Below, one piece after another: positions 30,498 through 41,267 of a DNA stretch of 64,000 nucleotides (positions are counted from its first letter, which is position 1; each line of letters starts with the position of its first letter). Below the pieces are notes generated by a model. That model ran no database searches. It was not told where the DNA came from and saw only the letters and a list, made by a program, of their open reading frames with translations. Origin of the DNA: an uncultured bacterium (lineage in GTDB: Bacteria; Chloroflexota; UBA5177; JANWHV01); contig CAVSOU010000007.1 in the NCBI GenBank assembly GCA_963729625.1, forward strand, positions 617,705-681,704, given 5' to 3'. The position numbers and the translations under genes are program-made.

Positions 30498-30721
30498 CAG
30501 TCGAGTGCCTCATCGACCGACGCTTCGATCCAGGACAGGGCCTCGTGCTCGGCCTGCGTGTCTTCGGCCGCGGCGCGATATTCGGCTTCGAGCGCATCCG
30601 TGCTTAAGACATGAGGTCGCACCAATCCCTCGATGAAGCGACTGATCTCGCCACGCCCGATCTGCTGGTGCAGGCCTCGATAGACCTCGTCGGCAAGAGT
30701 GATGGTGAGTTTGCGTTGCAT
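30497..30721 (-). CDS. Cognate antitoxin (RHH-like)
   Basis: 74 aa MQRKLTITL..., acidic C-terminus, stop overlaps the toxin start. Confidence 0.88.
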   Translation of the reverse strand: MQRKLTITLADEVYRGLHQQIGRGEISRFIEGLVRPHVLSTDALEAEYRAAAEDTQAEHEALSWIEASVDEALD

Positions 30722-30755
30722 GATGATTCTCCGGTGTCAGCCATAGACGCCTTAC

Positions 30756-30773
30756 ACGTATATACGTATTATA
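30756..30773 (-). promoter_or_regulatory. TA promoter -10 box and operator palindrome
   Basis: TATAAT (30773-30768) followed directly by the perfect palindrome ACGTATATACGT. Confidence 0.7.
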
Positions 30774-30809
30774 TCAGGCAGACGACCAGGTGCGGCACGA
30801 TAACCTGAT

Positions 30810-30965
30810 TGTGAAGATGGCCGCTGTACGTGCGACACCAGGCGCGAATCATGCCTTCCGTGGGCCGAACCCAGAAATCGCGGGCCAGGCGATCGGGCAC
30901 GCGCCGGAAGGTCAGCCCATCCACGAACACGGCCTGGATCGCTTTGGCGACAATCCGGTTGGTAT
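30810..30965 (-). mobile_element. Transposase fragment (IS remnant)
   Basis: Unannotated frame TNRIVAKAIQAVFVDGLTFRRVPDRLARDFWVRPTEGMIRAWCRTY, an HTH segment recalled from Chloroflexota transposases. Confidence 0.55.
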
Positions 30966-31185
30966 CGGGGCATATTGCTCGGCGTCGACGTCCATTACCT
31001 GCACGAGCGCTTCGATGACCTCATTACCCTGCCACGCCTGCCCCTGCAGTGGAACACCACGTGGGTGGGAGAACCCGAGGTGTTCTTCCGCTGGATCGAC
31101 GATATGCCACGAAGAACAGTCGACGTGGAACGGCGACTCAAAGCGCAGCCGGAGCTGCGCGCCCTTGTGTCCAACTCCGCGGACG

Positions 31186-31824
31186 GGACCACTCCACGTG
31201 GAGCATCTCGTGCACCGATTCGTAGCCCGCAGCCACCAGAAAGCACACCGCACTCCCCAACAACAGCCGTTCCTCCAACGGGGACACCGGCGCCTGGGTC
31301 GGCGGAGCAGCAATATCTTGGGACGGCCGAGTGCCGCGCGTGAAGGCAACTAGATTGAACGCGGCGAATGCCATGCAGATCAGCAAGTAGCTTGTATACA
31401 GCCAAAAGAGCGGCCCGGTTGGGTCGTGCAGAAAGCCGATGTGATCGCGTACCAAATTGGTGCCGCTGCCGAGGACGGTGATGACCGCCGCGGCGACGTA
31501 ATTGGCCCAGAGCACCGGGCGCCGCCAGGGCACGGCTGCCGCGCGCGGATTGAGGCACAGTGTCAGATGGAGCCAGAGCGTGATGGGCAGCACATCGCAG
31601 ATCCAGCCAAACCGATCGAACGCCAGCCACACGCCGACAGGTCCATCGTGCAGCGCTTCCTCCATACAGCCATAGAGAAAGAAGAGGGCGGCGGAAAGCA
31701 CTGCAGCGCCGGTAAGCACTGATACCGCGGCGCGCTGTCCGCGCGCGAGGACATAGAAGCCCAACCAGAGGACTCCGGCGAGGCCAATCACGTGGAGCAC
31801 GAAGAGAGGCGTCTCGCTCGCCAT
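31186..31824 (-). pseudogene. 3'-truncated paralog of the 17773..19278 membrane regulator
   Basis: ETPLFVLHVIGLAGVLWLGFYVLARG...LPITLWLHL aligns with DSALFIVHVAGYGVFLWHGLYVLTRG...LPAVLWLHL; similarity ends at HEMLHVEW. Confidence 0.78.
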
Positions 31825-32155
31825 CGTCACGATGCCCCCATGGCATCCCTGCAGTAGCAGGCGCATCAATCACCAGCATCATAGCACTGCGTGACGGCGG
31901 CGTCATCCGTGGAATCCGTACTCCAGGGTTGTGAAAACAACTGTTACCTGGCCACAATGGCCAGGGAGAATCTGTAGTGGCAGACAGCCCCGTCGACTGC
32001 GTGCCCCTGGGCGGTTACAATCGGGGTGGCAAGGCCGGCGGCCGGCAACAATCTCTGCGTAACATGTTCGGCGCTTCAATGGGGCTGGACAGCGAGTGAC
32101 CGGTGACGGCCAGCGAACGACGGTCTGTGCCGCATCCCGGGAGGGGCGCGACGCT

Positions 32156-33130
32156 ATGCGCGGGACGCTTGACGAACGGATCGTGACACTGGGCGGGGGC
32201 ACGGGTTCATTCACGATGCTCTCCGAGCTCAAGAAAGTGGCCAGGCACCTGTGGGCCATCGTGACCATGATGGACTCGGGGGGCTCGTCCCGCCGGCTGA
32301 TCGACGAATTTGGCCGGCCGCTCCCTCTTGGCGACCTCCGTCAGGCGCTGGTGGCCCTTTCCCGATCCCGCAAACTCTGGGGTGACATCTTCAGCTACCG
32401 CTTTCCAGATGTGCCATCCGGCCTGGTCGGCGGCCATTCCTTGGGTAATCTGATCCTGCATGCCCTGCAAGATCAGAATGACGGAGACCTCCTCGGGGCA
32501 CTGGAGGACGCCGAAGAGATGCTCAATGCCGCCGGCCACGTCCTCCCGGTGACACTCGAAAACGCGACGCTGTGTGCTGAGCTCAGCGATGGCACCATCG
32601 TTCGTGGCGAGACAGCTATCGACCACCCGGAAGGGCGCACCCTGTTGCCGATCCGGCGTGTGTTTCTCGACCCCATCGTGCCGGTCACGGCCCGTGCCCG
32701 CAAGGCTCTCGAGCGAGCGGACAAGGTGCTTATCGGTCCCGGCGACCTGTTCACGAGCGTTGTGCCGTGCTTGTTGGCCGCGGGCGTTGCCGATGTGATC
32801 CGCTCGTGCGACGGTGAAGTAGTCTACATCTGCAACGTGATGACCAAACGGGGCGAAACCGATGGCTTCGCGGCAGCAGACTTTGTGCGGGTGATCCATC
32901 GCTATCTGGGCCGGCGAGTCGACACAGTGGTGGTGAACACGGGCGAATTCCCCGCTGATCTCGTGGCTCACTACGCCCGGGAAGGCGCTCATCCGGTCCC
33001 TGCCGATCTGGAGACGCTGCGCGCGCTGGTGCCCCACGTGGTGGCTGGGCCGTTCGCGATCACGGAGCAGCTGATTCGCCACGACGCCGAACGCGTGATC
33101 CTGGCTCTGTGGCCAGCACTAGCAGGTTGA
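32156..33130 (+). CDS. YvcK/GlmR (CofD-related) family protein
   Basis: IVTLGGGTG, DSGGSS, GDLRQAL, GHSLGNL, GPGDLFTSV, NVMTKRGET, RHD. Confidence 0.92.
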   Translation: MRGTLDERIVTLGGGTGSFTMLSELKKVARHLWAIVTMMDSGGSSRRLIDEFGRPLPLGDLRQALVALSRSRKLWGDIFSYRFPDVPSGLVGGHSLGNLILHALQDQNDGDLLGALEDAEEMLNAAGHVLPVTLENATLCAELSDGTIVRGETAIDHPEGRTLLPIRRVFLDPIVPVTARARKALERADKVLIGPGDLFTSVVPCLLAAGVADVIRSCDGEVVYICNVMTKRGETDGFAAADFVRVIHRYLGRRVDTVVVNTGEFPADLVAHYAREGAHPVPADLETLRALVPHVVAGPFAITEQLIRHDAERVILALWPALAG

Positions 33131-33148
33131 TGAAGGGGAGTCCCACCA

Positions 33149-34286
33149 ATGATGACACACCGACAACGAACCCAGGCTGTCTTGAACTATCAACCCTACG
33201 ATCGGTTGCCTCTCGTGCACTTCGGATTCTGGAGGGAGACACTCGAGAAGTGGCGGGCAGAGGGCCACGTCACCGCCGAGGAGGCAGCCGGCTGGGAGGA
33301 CGGCAACCGATTCGACCGGAGCATCTCGGCCAAGCTCGGCTTCGACTTCAATTGGCTGAACTCCATCTATCCATGGGGCGACCGCTTCGGAATTGCACTG
33401 GAGCCTCCCTTCGAGAAGCGCGTTGTGGAGGAGCGCGCAGACGGCACCCAGCTCCTGCAAAACGTCGACGGCGTCATTGTGCTCCAGAAGGCCGGCGCAA
33501 CCTCTATCCCCGCCGAGGTTGATCACCTGCTGAAAGATCGAACCAGCTGGGAAACCCACTACTTGCCGAGGCTCCAGTACTCTTCGGCAAGGGTCGACGT
33601 GAAGGAACTGGCAGAGGTGCAGGCAGCCGCGAGCGAAGAGGATCTCCCGATCGGCATCTACTGCGGCAGCCTGATCGGGCGCGTGCGCGAGTGGTGTGGC
33701 TTGGTCGGCCTGAGCTATATTACCGCGGACGATGAAGGTCTTCTCGACGAGATGATCGATACCTATGCCAGTCTCTGCTATAGAGTAACGGAGCAGGTTC
33801 TGGCCACGGGCGCCCACTTCGACTTTGGGCACTTTTGGGAAGATATCTGTTACAAGAGCGGCCCACTGGTGAATCCAGGTATGTTCGATCGCAAGGTTGG
33901 TCCCCACTACGCCCGCATTGTAAAGCTGCTGAACGACCATGGCATCAACATCGTGTCGCTCGACTGTGACGGAAAAATCGACAGGCTGATTCCCACCTGG
34001 CTGCACGCCGGAGTGAACACGATGTGCCCTATCGAGGTCGGTACATGGGGTGGCAGCATAGGGCCGTGGCGCGCGCTATACGGACTCGGAAATTCGTGGG
34101 GTCGGCGGCGTGAATAAGCGGGTCTTCTCGCAGGATCGTGCCGCGATCGACGCGGAGGTCAGGCGATTGAAGCCGCTGATTGAACTTGGCGGCTACATAC
34201 CCTGTCCCGACCATAGACTGGCCCCAGATGCCAAATGGGAAAACGTGCAGTACTACTGCGATCGCATGCGCATGGTGTTTGGCTAA
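33149..34286 (+). CDS. URO-D family protein, frameshift near 34085
   Basis: FWEDICYKSGPL, DCDGKI; C-terminus GGVNKR...GGYIPCPDHRL...MVFG* continues in another frame. Confidence 0.85.
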
Positions 34287-34404
34287 TCACGCAACCGCAG
34301 CCGCCACCTGGAGCCATGCCGCGCCGGCGACCGGGTCAACCATCGGCACGCGCATGCATTCCCAGCAGTCGGATCCTGCCTGGCAGCGCCAGCGGCGGAC
34401 CGCG

Positions 34405-35100
34405 TCAGGCTGGAGCACTGAAGGTCCCCGGGCTGGAGGCGGTGGCGCGAAACTCCGGCTTGCGATCTGGACGCGCCTCCGCGAGCGCGCGCCGCACGCC
34501 CGCAGCGTCCAGGTCGGCTGCATAGACCGGCGTGCCCGGCTGTTGCCTCCACGACTCGTCCAGCCGGCCCGCGTCGACCGCATCGAACCCGAGGTCGTCG
34601 ACGAGGCGCAGCACGAGCGCCTTGGCAGCCGGGTCGTCGCCCGCAACGGGCAGAGCGATGCGCCCAGGCGACCCCGCGGGCAGGCCGCGCTCGAGCAGGT
34701 GGCGCGCGTAGATGTTGTTGAAGGCTTTGATCACGGGCCGGCCGAGCTGCTGTGCGACCCACGCACTTTCCGTCATTCCCGCCTCGATGGCCTCGATGCG
34801 GCCATCTCGCTGCCGAGGATAGTAGTTGCCCGTATCCACGACAACCACGCCCTCTGCTGCCTCGGCGAACAGTCCGGGCGGCAGCTGGAGGATCTTCTTC
34901 TCAGGGATCGTCACGATGACGAGTTGGGCGCCCCGCGCCACCTCCGTGACCGGCGCTGCTTTCGCGCCGGTTTCCGCGGCAAGATCGGCGAGCGTATCAG
35001 GCTCGCGGGAGTTCGCCAAGGACACCTCGTGCCCGAGTCCGGTAAGCCGCCGCGTGAGGGTGCCGCCGATGTTTCCTGCGCCGATGATGCCGATCTTCAT
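34405..35100 (-). CDS. NADP oxidoreductase, F420-dependent family
   Basis: MKIGIIGAGNIG, VDTGNYYP, IKAFNNI, VAGDD, QQPGTP. Confidence 0.92.
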   Translation of the reverse strand: MKIGIIGAGNIGGTLTRRLTGLGHEVSLANSREPDTLADLAAETGAKAAPVTEVARGAQLVIVTIPEKKILQLPPGLFAEAAEGVVVVDTGNYYPRQRDGRIEAIEAGMTESAWVAQQLGRPVIKAFNNIYARHLLERGLPAGSPGRIALPVAGDDPAAKALVLRLVDDLGFDAVDAGRLDESWRQQPGTPVYAADLDAAGVRRALAEARPDRKPEFRATASSPGTFSAPA

Positions 35101-35352
35101 GCCTTCTCCTCGTGTCTCTGGTGTCACAGGGCTACCGGTACCGATGACTCTTCCGACGTGAACCGCCCCTTGCCATCAGGTCGCCTGTGTCTTCAGCATA
35201 CCTCTCCACGCGGCAAGTGCTGGACCACGGGCGGGCGTTCCGCTACACGATCTTGCCCTCGTGCCACGATGGCGCGGGCTTCATGAGCCGCGCCGGTGCT
35301 AGAATGGCGATGTGTTTGCCGCGTTATGCCTGCACACCGGGAGGTGCCAACC

Positions 35353-37860
35353 ATGCAAGCTGCCGACTATTCGCCGCTCGACCTGTCGTCCCTTTGCAAC
35401 GCCGGCGCGGACTGCGTGCCGGGGGAGGAGCGATTGGCGACAGGCCTCCAGCAGTTCCACGGCATACCGTTTCAGATCGGGTCCCCCACGGGCGACGGGC
35501 CTGCCTGCCTGGTCCGGCTGGCCGGCCAGGATCACCCTGTGTCGATCGACCTGGGTGATGTCACGGCGTATCATATCCTTTTTGCGCATCGGCAGTTAGC
35601 ATCGCGCCTCCTCGAGGGCGGGCCGCTGGGTGAGGTCGTGGCGCAGTACGTGGTTCAGTATGCCGGCGGCGACAGCCTGCGGCTGCCCATCCGCGAGCGT
35701 TTCGAGATCGCCACGGTGCCGACGCGGTGGGGCCAGATGCCGTTCCTGGCGATAGCCGACCAGACCGATAGCTTGCTCCCACGCCACCAGGGTCCTTGGG
35801 GCGAGGCTGGATTCCGGCTTGCCGAGGTCGTGCAGGGGCGGCCTCGCTCCTACTATCTCTGGGCCTGGACCAATCCGCATCCCGACCGCCCGATCCGGCG
35901 CATCGTGGTCGAGCCGGCTGGTCCGGACTTCGTGCTGGCAGCAGTGACCCTTGGTCATCTGGAGGAGGAGCCATTCTGTCGCACCGGCGCGACCACGGTT
36001 GCAATCAGGCTGCCGCAGGCCGGCGACGCCGCGCAGCCCTTCGCGCTCGGCGTACAGGTCGACCGCGGGATCGCGGGCCCGCCGTACCCGCTGCCGGTCG
36101 AGTCCGCGACGGGCTTTCTCGAAGCGACGATGCCCGGCTACGGCGCCGCCGCGAACGAGAGCAGCAGTCCCGCATATGTACAGGTGGCTGCCACGCCTTC
36201 GGCCACACTGCGCGTCACCCTGGGCGACGAAGAACTGGGCGCGGTACGCTGGGGCAATTTGCAGCGCGACGGCAGCAGCGCGCCGTCTCCTCGCCTGCGG
36301 GTGGAGATCGCGGATAGCGGTCGCAACTGGGTGCGCACCGAGGTGCTCGACGATGCGACTGGCGCGCCGATCCCCTGTCGCATCCACTTCCGCTCAGCGG
36401 GCGGAGTGCCCTTCGCGCCGCACGGTCACCACGCGCACCTCAACGGCGGCATGGACACCTGGCACATAGACGTGGGAGGCGACGTGCGGCTCGGCCAGGT
36501 CACGTATGCCTATATCGACGGTCGCTGCGAGGGTTGGCTGCCACGTGGCGAGGTGTTGGTTGATGTGGCCCGCGGTTTTGAGTATGAACCGCTGCGTACG
36601 ACAGTGCGCATCGAGCCCGGCCAGCAGCACCTGACTTTGCGCCTGCGCCGATGGTGCGATATGAACGCGCGCGGCTATTACAGCGGCGACACGCACGTGC
36701 ACTTCCTTTCGACTATCGGCGCCCAGACCGAAGCACGCGGCGAGGACCTCAACGTGGTCAACCTGCTGCAATCGCAATGGGGCCATCTGTTCACCAATAC
36801 GGAAGAGTTCATCGGACAGCCGCATCGCTCCTCCGATGGGCGGACCATTGTCTACGCCTCGCAAGAGAATCGTCAGCACATGTTGGGACACGTCTCGCTG
36901 CTGGGACTGAAGCAGCCTGTCATGCCCTGGTGCTCGGACGGGCCGGAGGAGGCCGAGTTGGGCGGTACCCTTGAGACCACCCTTTCGCACTGGGCCGACC
37001 TGTGCCACGAGCAAGGTGGAACGGTGGTGATTCCGCACTTCCCCGAGCCCAACGGCGAGCCGGCCGCGCTGATCGCCACCGGCCGCGCCGATGCCATGGA
37101 GATGACCAAGTACGGGATGTACGAGCATCTCGAGTACTACCGCTACCTGAACTGCGGCTACCGGCTTCCCCTGGTGGGCGGCACAGACAAGATGGATGCC
37201 GCCGTGCCGGTCGGCCTGTATCGCACCTACGTGCGAATTCCCGATGAAGAGTTCAGCTACGACAGCTGGTGCCGTCACCTGCGCGCCGGGCGCACCTTCC
37301 ACAGCGGCGGCCCGCTGATCGACTTCACAGTCGACGGGCGCCAAATCGGCGACGTCATCACCCTGCCGGGGAACGGCGGCACGGTGGAAGTCGAGGCCAG
37401 CGCCGACTCGATCCTGCCGATTTACCGCCTGGAGATCGTGCAGCAAGGCCGGGTGGTGGCGACCACCGAGGAGGCAGGTGGCGCGCGGCGGCTGCGGCTA
37501 CGGGCGCGCCTCACCATTGGCAGTCACACGTGGCTAGCGGCGCGCGTTGGTGGGATCGCCCACGCCGACGCGATGCACCACCACGATGTTTGGCAACGTG
37601 GGGTCATGGCCCATACATCGCCTATCTATGTCGCGGTCGGTGGGGAGTGGTGGCTCTACGACGCCCGGGAGGCAACCTACATGTTGACCCTGCTCGAGGG
37701 AAGCCTGGCCTATATCCGCACGCGCAGCCGCCAGGATGCATCGCACCGCGTGACACACGCGCACAATGAAGCGGACCATCAGGCATTCCTCGAGCGACCC
37801 GTGCAGGAGGCAGTGGCCGCGATTCATGCCCGCATGCACAGGCAAGGGATACCGCATTAG
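35353..37860 (+). CDS. CehA/McbA family PHP-type metallohydrolase
   Basis: YSGDTHVH, QENRQHMLGH, PH, GGTD, RTYV, AHTSPIYV. Confidence 0.85.
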   Translation: MQAADYSPLDLSSLCNAGADCVPGEERLATGLQQFHGIPFQIGSPTGDGPACLVRLAGQDHPVSIDLGDVTAYHILFAHRQLASRLLEGGPLGEVVAQYVVQYAGGDSLRLPIRERFEIATVPTRWGQMPFLAIADQTDSLLPRHQGPWGEAGFRLAEVVQGRPRSYYLWAWTNPHPDRPIRRIVVEPAGPDFVLAAVTLGHLEEEPFCRTGATTVAIRLPQAGDAAQPFALGVQVDRGIAGPPYPLPVESATGFLEATMPGYGAAANESSSPAYVQVAATPSATLRVTLGDEELGAVRWGNLQRDGSSAPSPRLRVEIADSGRNWVRTEVLDDATGAPIPCRIHFRSAGGVPFAPHGHHAHLNGGMDTWHIDVGGDVRLGQVTYAYIDGRCEGWLPRGEVLVDVARGFEYEPLRTTVRIEPGQQHLTLRLRRWCDMNARGYYSGDTHVHFLSTIGAQTEARGEDLNVVNLLQSQWGHLFTNTEEFIGQPHRSSDGRTIVYASQENRQHMLGHVSLLGLKQPVMPWCSDGPEEAELGGTLETTLSHWADLCHEQGGTVVIPHFPEPNGEPAALIATGRADAMEMTKYGMYEHLEYYRYLNCGYRLPLVGGTDKMDAAVPVGLYRTYVRIPDEEFSYDSWCRHLRAGRTFHSGGPLIDFTVDGRQIGDVITLPGNGGTVEVEASADSILPIYRLEIVQQGRVVATTEEAGGARRLRLRARLTIGSHTWLAARVGGIAHADAMHHHDVWQRGVMAHTSPIYVAVGGEWWLYDAREATYMLTLLEGSLAYIRTRSRQDASHRVTHAHNEADHQAFLERPVQEAVAAIHARMHRQGIPH

Positions 37861-38022
37861 GTCAGGCCGCCAACTGCTTGCTGATGGAGGTCACGCCGAG
37901 GCCAACGTGGAACCGGCGACGGCGGACTACAGTCCACACCGGGCGAGAAGTGAGTCTCCCCGGAATCAATTCCGGGGTATCCTGTCAGCGGCGCGGCCTG
38001 TAGTTCCCGATGTGGCTTGCGC

Positions 38023-39033
38023 CTACACAGCTTGTGCGAGGCCGCCGGCGAGAGCAGAGCGACGGAGGGCGTCGACTGCGCGCATGTTGGCCACGGCGTC
38101 TTCGGCCGGATACCGTAGCGGTCTGCCTTCCAGCAGGCAAGCGGCGAACTCCTCTGCCTCCAGCGCGTACTGATCGACACCAGGGATGCGTTCCTCATGT
38201 CTACCCTGAGCGTCGCTGAGGATCACCAGGGTGTCGACCTTCCCCGGCACAAAGGCAGACGGCACCTCGATTGTGCCGGTACTCCCCACCACCATGTAGC
38301 AACCTCGCCCGGCCGCGCAGAATCCGCAATCAAATGTGGCCGTACGCGCATCGGACAGCCGAAGCACGCCGGCAAGCGCGATCTCCACACCGATACTCCG
38401 GCCGGTAATCCCAGATGGCCGAGGCCAGGTTGGGCTCCTCGCCGAAGATCAGCCGGGTCGCGTTGACGCAATAGCAGCCGACGTCCATCAAGGCGCCTCC
38501 AGCCAGGTCGCCCTGTAGCCGCACGTTGGCCGGGTTCAACGGAGTCATGTTGAAGGTGAAACCGGCGCGCAGCGCGCGTACTTCGCCGATGGCGCCATCG
38601 TCGATCAAGGCGCGGACACGTGCATGCTGTGGGTGAAAGCGATACATGAACGCTTCCATCAGCAACGCGCCGCGCTGCTTGACGGCATCGACCAGACCGG
38701 CAGCTTCCTTGCGCATCCCGAGCGAGAGGCTTCTCGCAGAGGATCGGCTTGCCGGCCTCGGCTGCCCGCAAAGTCCACTCGGCGTGCATCGAGTTGGGCA
38801 ACGGGTTATAGATGGCGTCGACTTCCGGATCCGCCAGCAGCTCCTCGTAGGAGCCATAGCGCGCGCGGGATGCCGAGCGTGGCGGCAGCCTTCGCCGCGC
38901 GAGCCATGTCGCGGCTGGCGATAGCCGTCACCACACCGTTCCTGGAAGCGATGGCGCCGGGGATGAAGGCCTTCAGGGCGATATTGGCGGTGCCCAGGAT
39001 ACCCCATCGAATACGGTCTCGTGCTGTCATCAC
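38023..39033 (-). pseudogene. Gfo/Idh/MocA oxidoreductase with several frameshifts
   Basis: [41 protein letters not shown] and GTIEVPSAF fall in different frames. Confidence 0.85.
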
Positions 39034-39112
39034 GGTGCTCCTTGCTGCTCACGTCTGAACATCGTGCCATGCTGCAATCGTTCTAGTCGGAAACGCGCGG
39101 TGCGGGCTCTCG

Positions 39113-40008
39113 CTATCGTGGCAGCGGCATCGCGGCAAGGTGGGCATCCAGGGCGGCGTTGAGCATGTCGGGCATTGCCAGACCAGGAGGGCGCACGCCT
39201 GCCTCCGCGATGATGCCGCGCCTCCGCAGAGATCTCCTTGCGTATAGCCAGGCTCAGCTTATCCTGCGCCTCGCAGAGAAGCAAGGGCAGCCATGGGAGC
39301 AGTGGCTTCTCGCGCCGCCCTGTAACCGCCGCGCTGCCAGGCACTCACGGCAGCAATCAGCGCCTCGGGCACCGCGAACCCGGTCATGGTACCTGCCGAC
39401 CCCGCCAGCAGCTCCTCGAGGAGACTGGCGCCGCCCAGACCGCCGAAGATGGGCACGTCGAGATCCGCGGCCAGGGCCGCGATCGCCGGCGCCGTCGGCG
39501 GCGCTTCTTCTTTCACGGCCACCACGACCCCGGCCTCGCGCACGGACTGGGCCAACGCGCGTGCGGCAATGCTGATGCCCGAAGCAGCCGGATTATCTTG
39601 CAGCACGACGCCAAGTCCGGAGGCGGCTGAGATGCGCCGCAAGTGGTGTGCTACGACCGCGGGATCATTTGTCGGGGCAGGAACCATGACGGCGGTCGCG
39701 CCGGCTTCGGCCGCGGCTCGCGCCTCTTCAATGGCGGGCGCGGTGGCCGTGGCCGCCATTCCGGCCACAACCGGCAACTCGCCCGCCACTGCCAGGGCAG
39801 TATTGAGAACGAGCCGGCGCTCCGCCGTGTCAAGGCGCGCCGCCTCACCGAGCACGCCCAGCACGATCACCCCGCTGGCGCCGGCATTACGGTACAGCTC
39901 GACCAGGCGCGTCAGAGACTGCGTGTCGACTGCGAGGGCTTCCCCCTTGAACGGGGTGGCGAGGATCCCCCATACGCCTCGCTTGAGCGGCTCATATTGT
40001 CCTGCCAT
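39113..40008 (-). pseudogene. Dihydrodipicolinate synthase (DHDPS) family aldolase, frameshifted near the C-terminus
   Basis: GVWGILATPF, LGVLGE, AVKEE, FGGLGG, GTMTG; tail IRKEI/RRGII in other frames. Confidence 0.82.
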
Positions 40009-40096
40009 TGGACATCCTCCCAACACCTGTTTGGTACGCATCATCTTTCGCCGGCGGCAGGGCATCGCCCCGCAACCGCGCCGGCTCTCTCATCTA

Positions 40097-41267
40097 TTAT
40101 GTAAACATGCCTACACTCGAGGTGGAGTGCATCCTGCCGTAGAGAAAGCGCAAGAACTCGTTTCTCCTGGCCCGACGGCACGCTGTCCCACGCCGACTCG
40201 ACCGATGGCTCACCCGCCCAGTATGACCAGATGAGCGCGCTGCGTTGCGGCGCGGCAATGAACTGCATGCGGTTCTGCACCCAGCCTTCGCCGCCTACCA
40301 GGGTGTTGGCTCGCAGCCAGTCGACCACCTGCCCTGGCGCCCATCCCAGGGCGTGCAATCGCCACGCGGCGCCGGTCCCAATACCGGCGCGATAGCGGCC
40401 CATATAGGCGTTGAGCCGATCGTCGTCGTCCTTAATCCATTGGATCAAGCGAAGCCCGTGATCCGCGATCCCTTCGAATACGGAGGAGCTGGCCGAGTTG
40501 ACGATCGAGAGCAGCCCATCGGCGCCGGCCGTTCCCTCCCTATACCAGTGCTCGCGCAACTTGAACTGCACGTAGTGGCCGGGATAGCACTCGTGGACGA
40601 CCAGGTGTTTCAACGCCGGCCCGGTGAGCACCGGGTCAATATTCAGCTCGACGGTGCGGGCCATGTAGTCGCAGCGCGCATTGAAGTGCGTGCCGCGCAC
40701 GGCAAGCACGCGCATGCCGTCCGACCTGGGCGCCGGGATCGGCAGCACGGCCTCGGTTCGATCCCAGGCTTCGTCGAGCAGCGCCCCCACCGTCGCTTGC
40801 ACCTCGTCAGGCGGCACGCGATGACGCTGCTCCCACGAGGCGCACTGTGTTGCCAGGTCGCCGGAGTAGCCGAGGCCGCTCAAGAGATCGCGCATAGCCG
40901 TGCGAAGACGATCCAGATCCGCCTCGCCGGCGGGCTGGGCGGGCAGGTGCAGGAAGCGGCCGACCTGCTCTTCGAACGGCAGGCCGCGCTCACGCCAGTC
41001 CAGCAACGCGATTGTCGAGTCGCAGACCTGCCGGTAGTAGACGCGGCGATCCTGCTCCGGCAATGCCTGAGCACGCTCTCGCAGCTCCACGAACTGCGCC
41101 CGTGCCTCGGCGTAATCTGCCATCGGCAGCGCGTGGTGCACGTGCGACATGTTTACCGCCACGAGACCATCGTCGTCTTCGCCCCCAGAGATCCGGCAGA
41201 TGGCGTCCACGCTGAGCAAGGCCGGGGTCAACGACTCGGCGTAGGCGAGCGTGGCATCACTGAGCAC
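40097..41267 (-). CDS. DUF885-like metallopeptidase-fold protein (C-terminal frameshift near 40160)
   Basis: HECYPGH, EGIA, SYWAG; tail EFLRFLYGRMHS..MFT* in another frame. Confidence 0.75.

Noticed and set aside
38023-39033. Programmed frameshifting in the oxidoreductase
   Set aside because: Multiple scattered indels with no slippery motif noticed; error or decay is simpler
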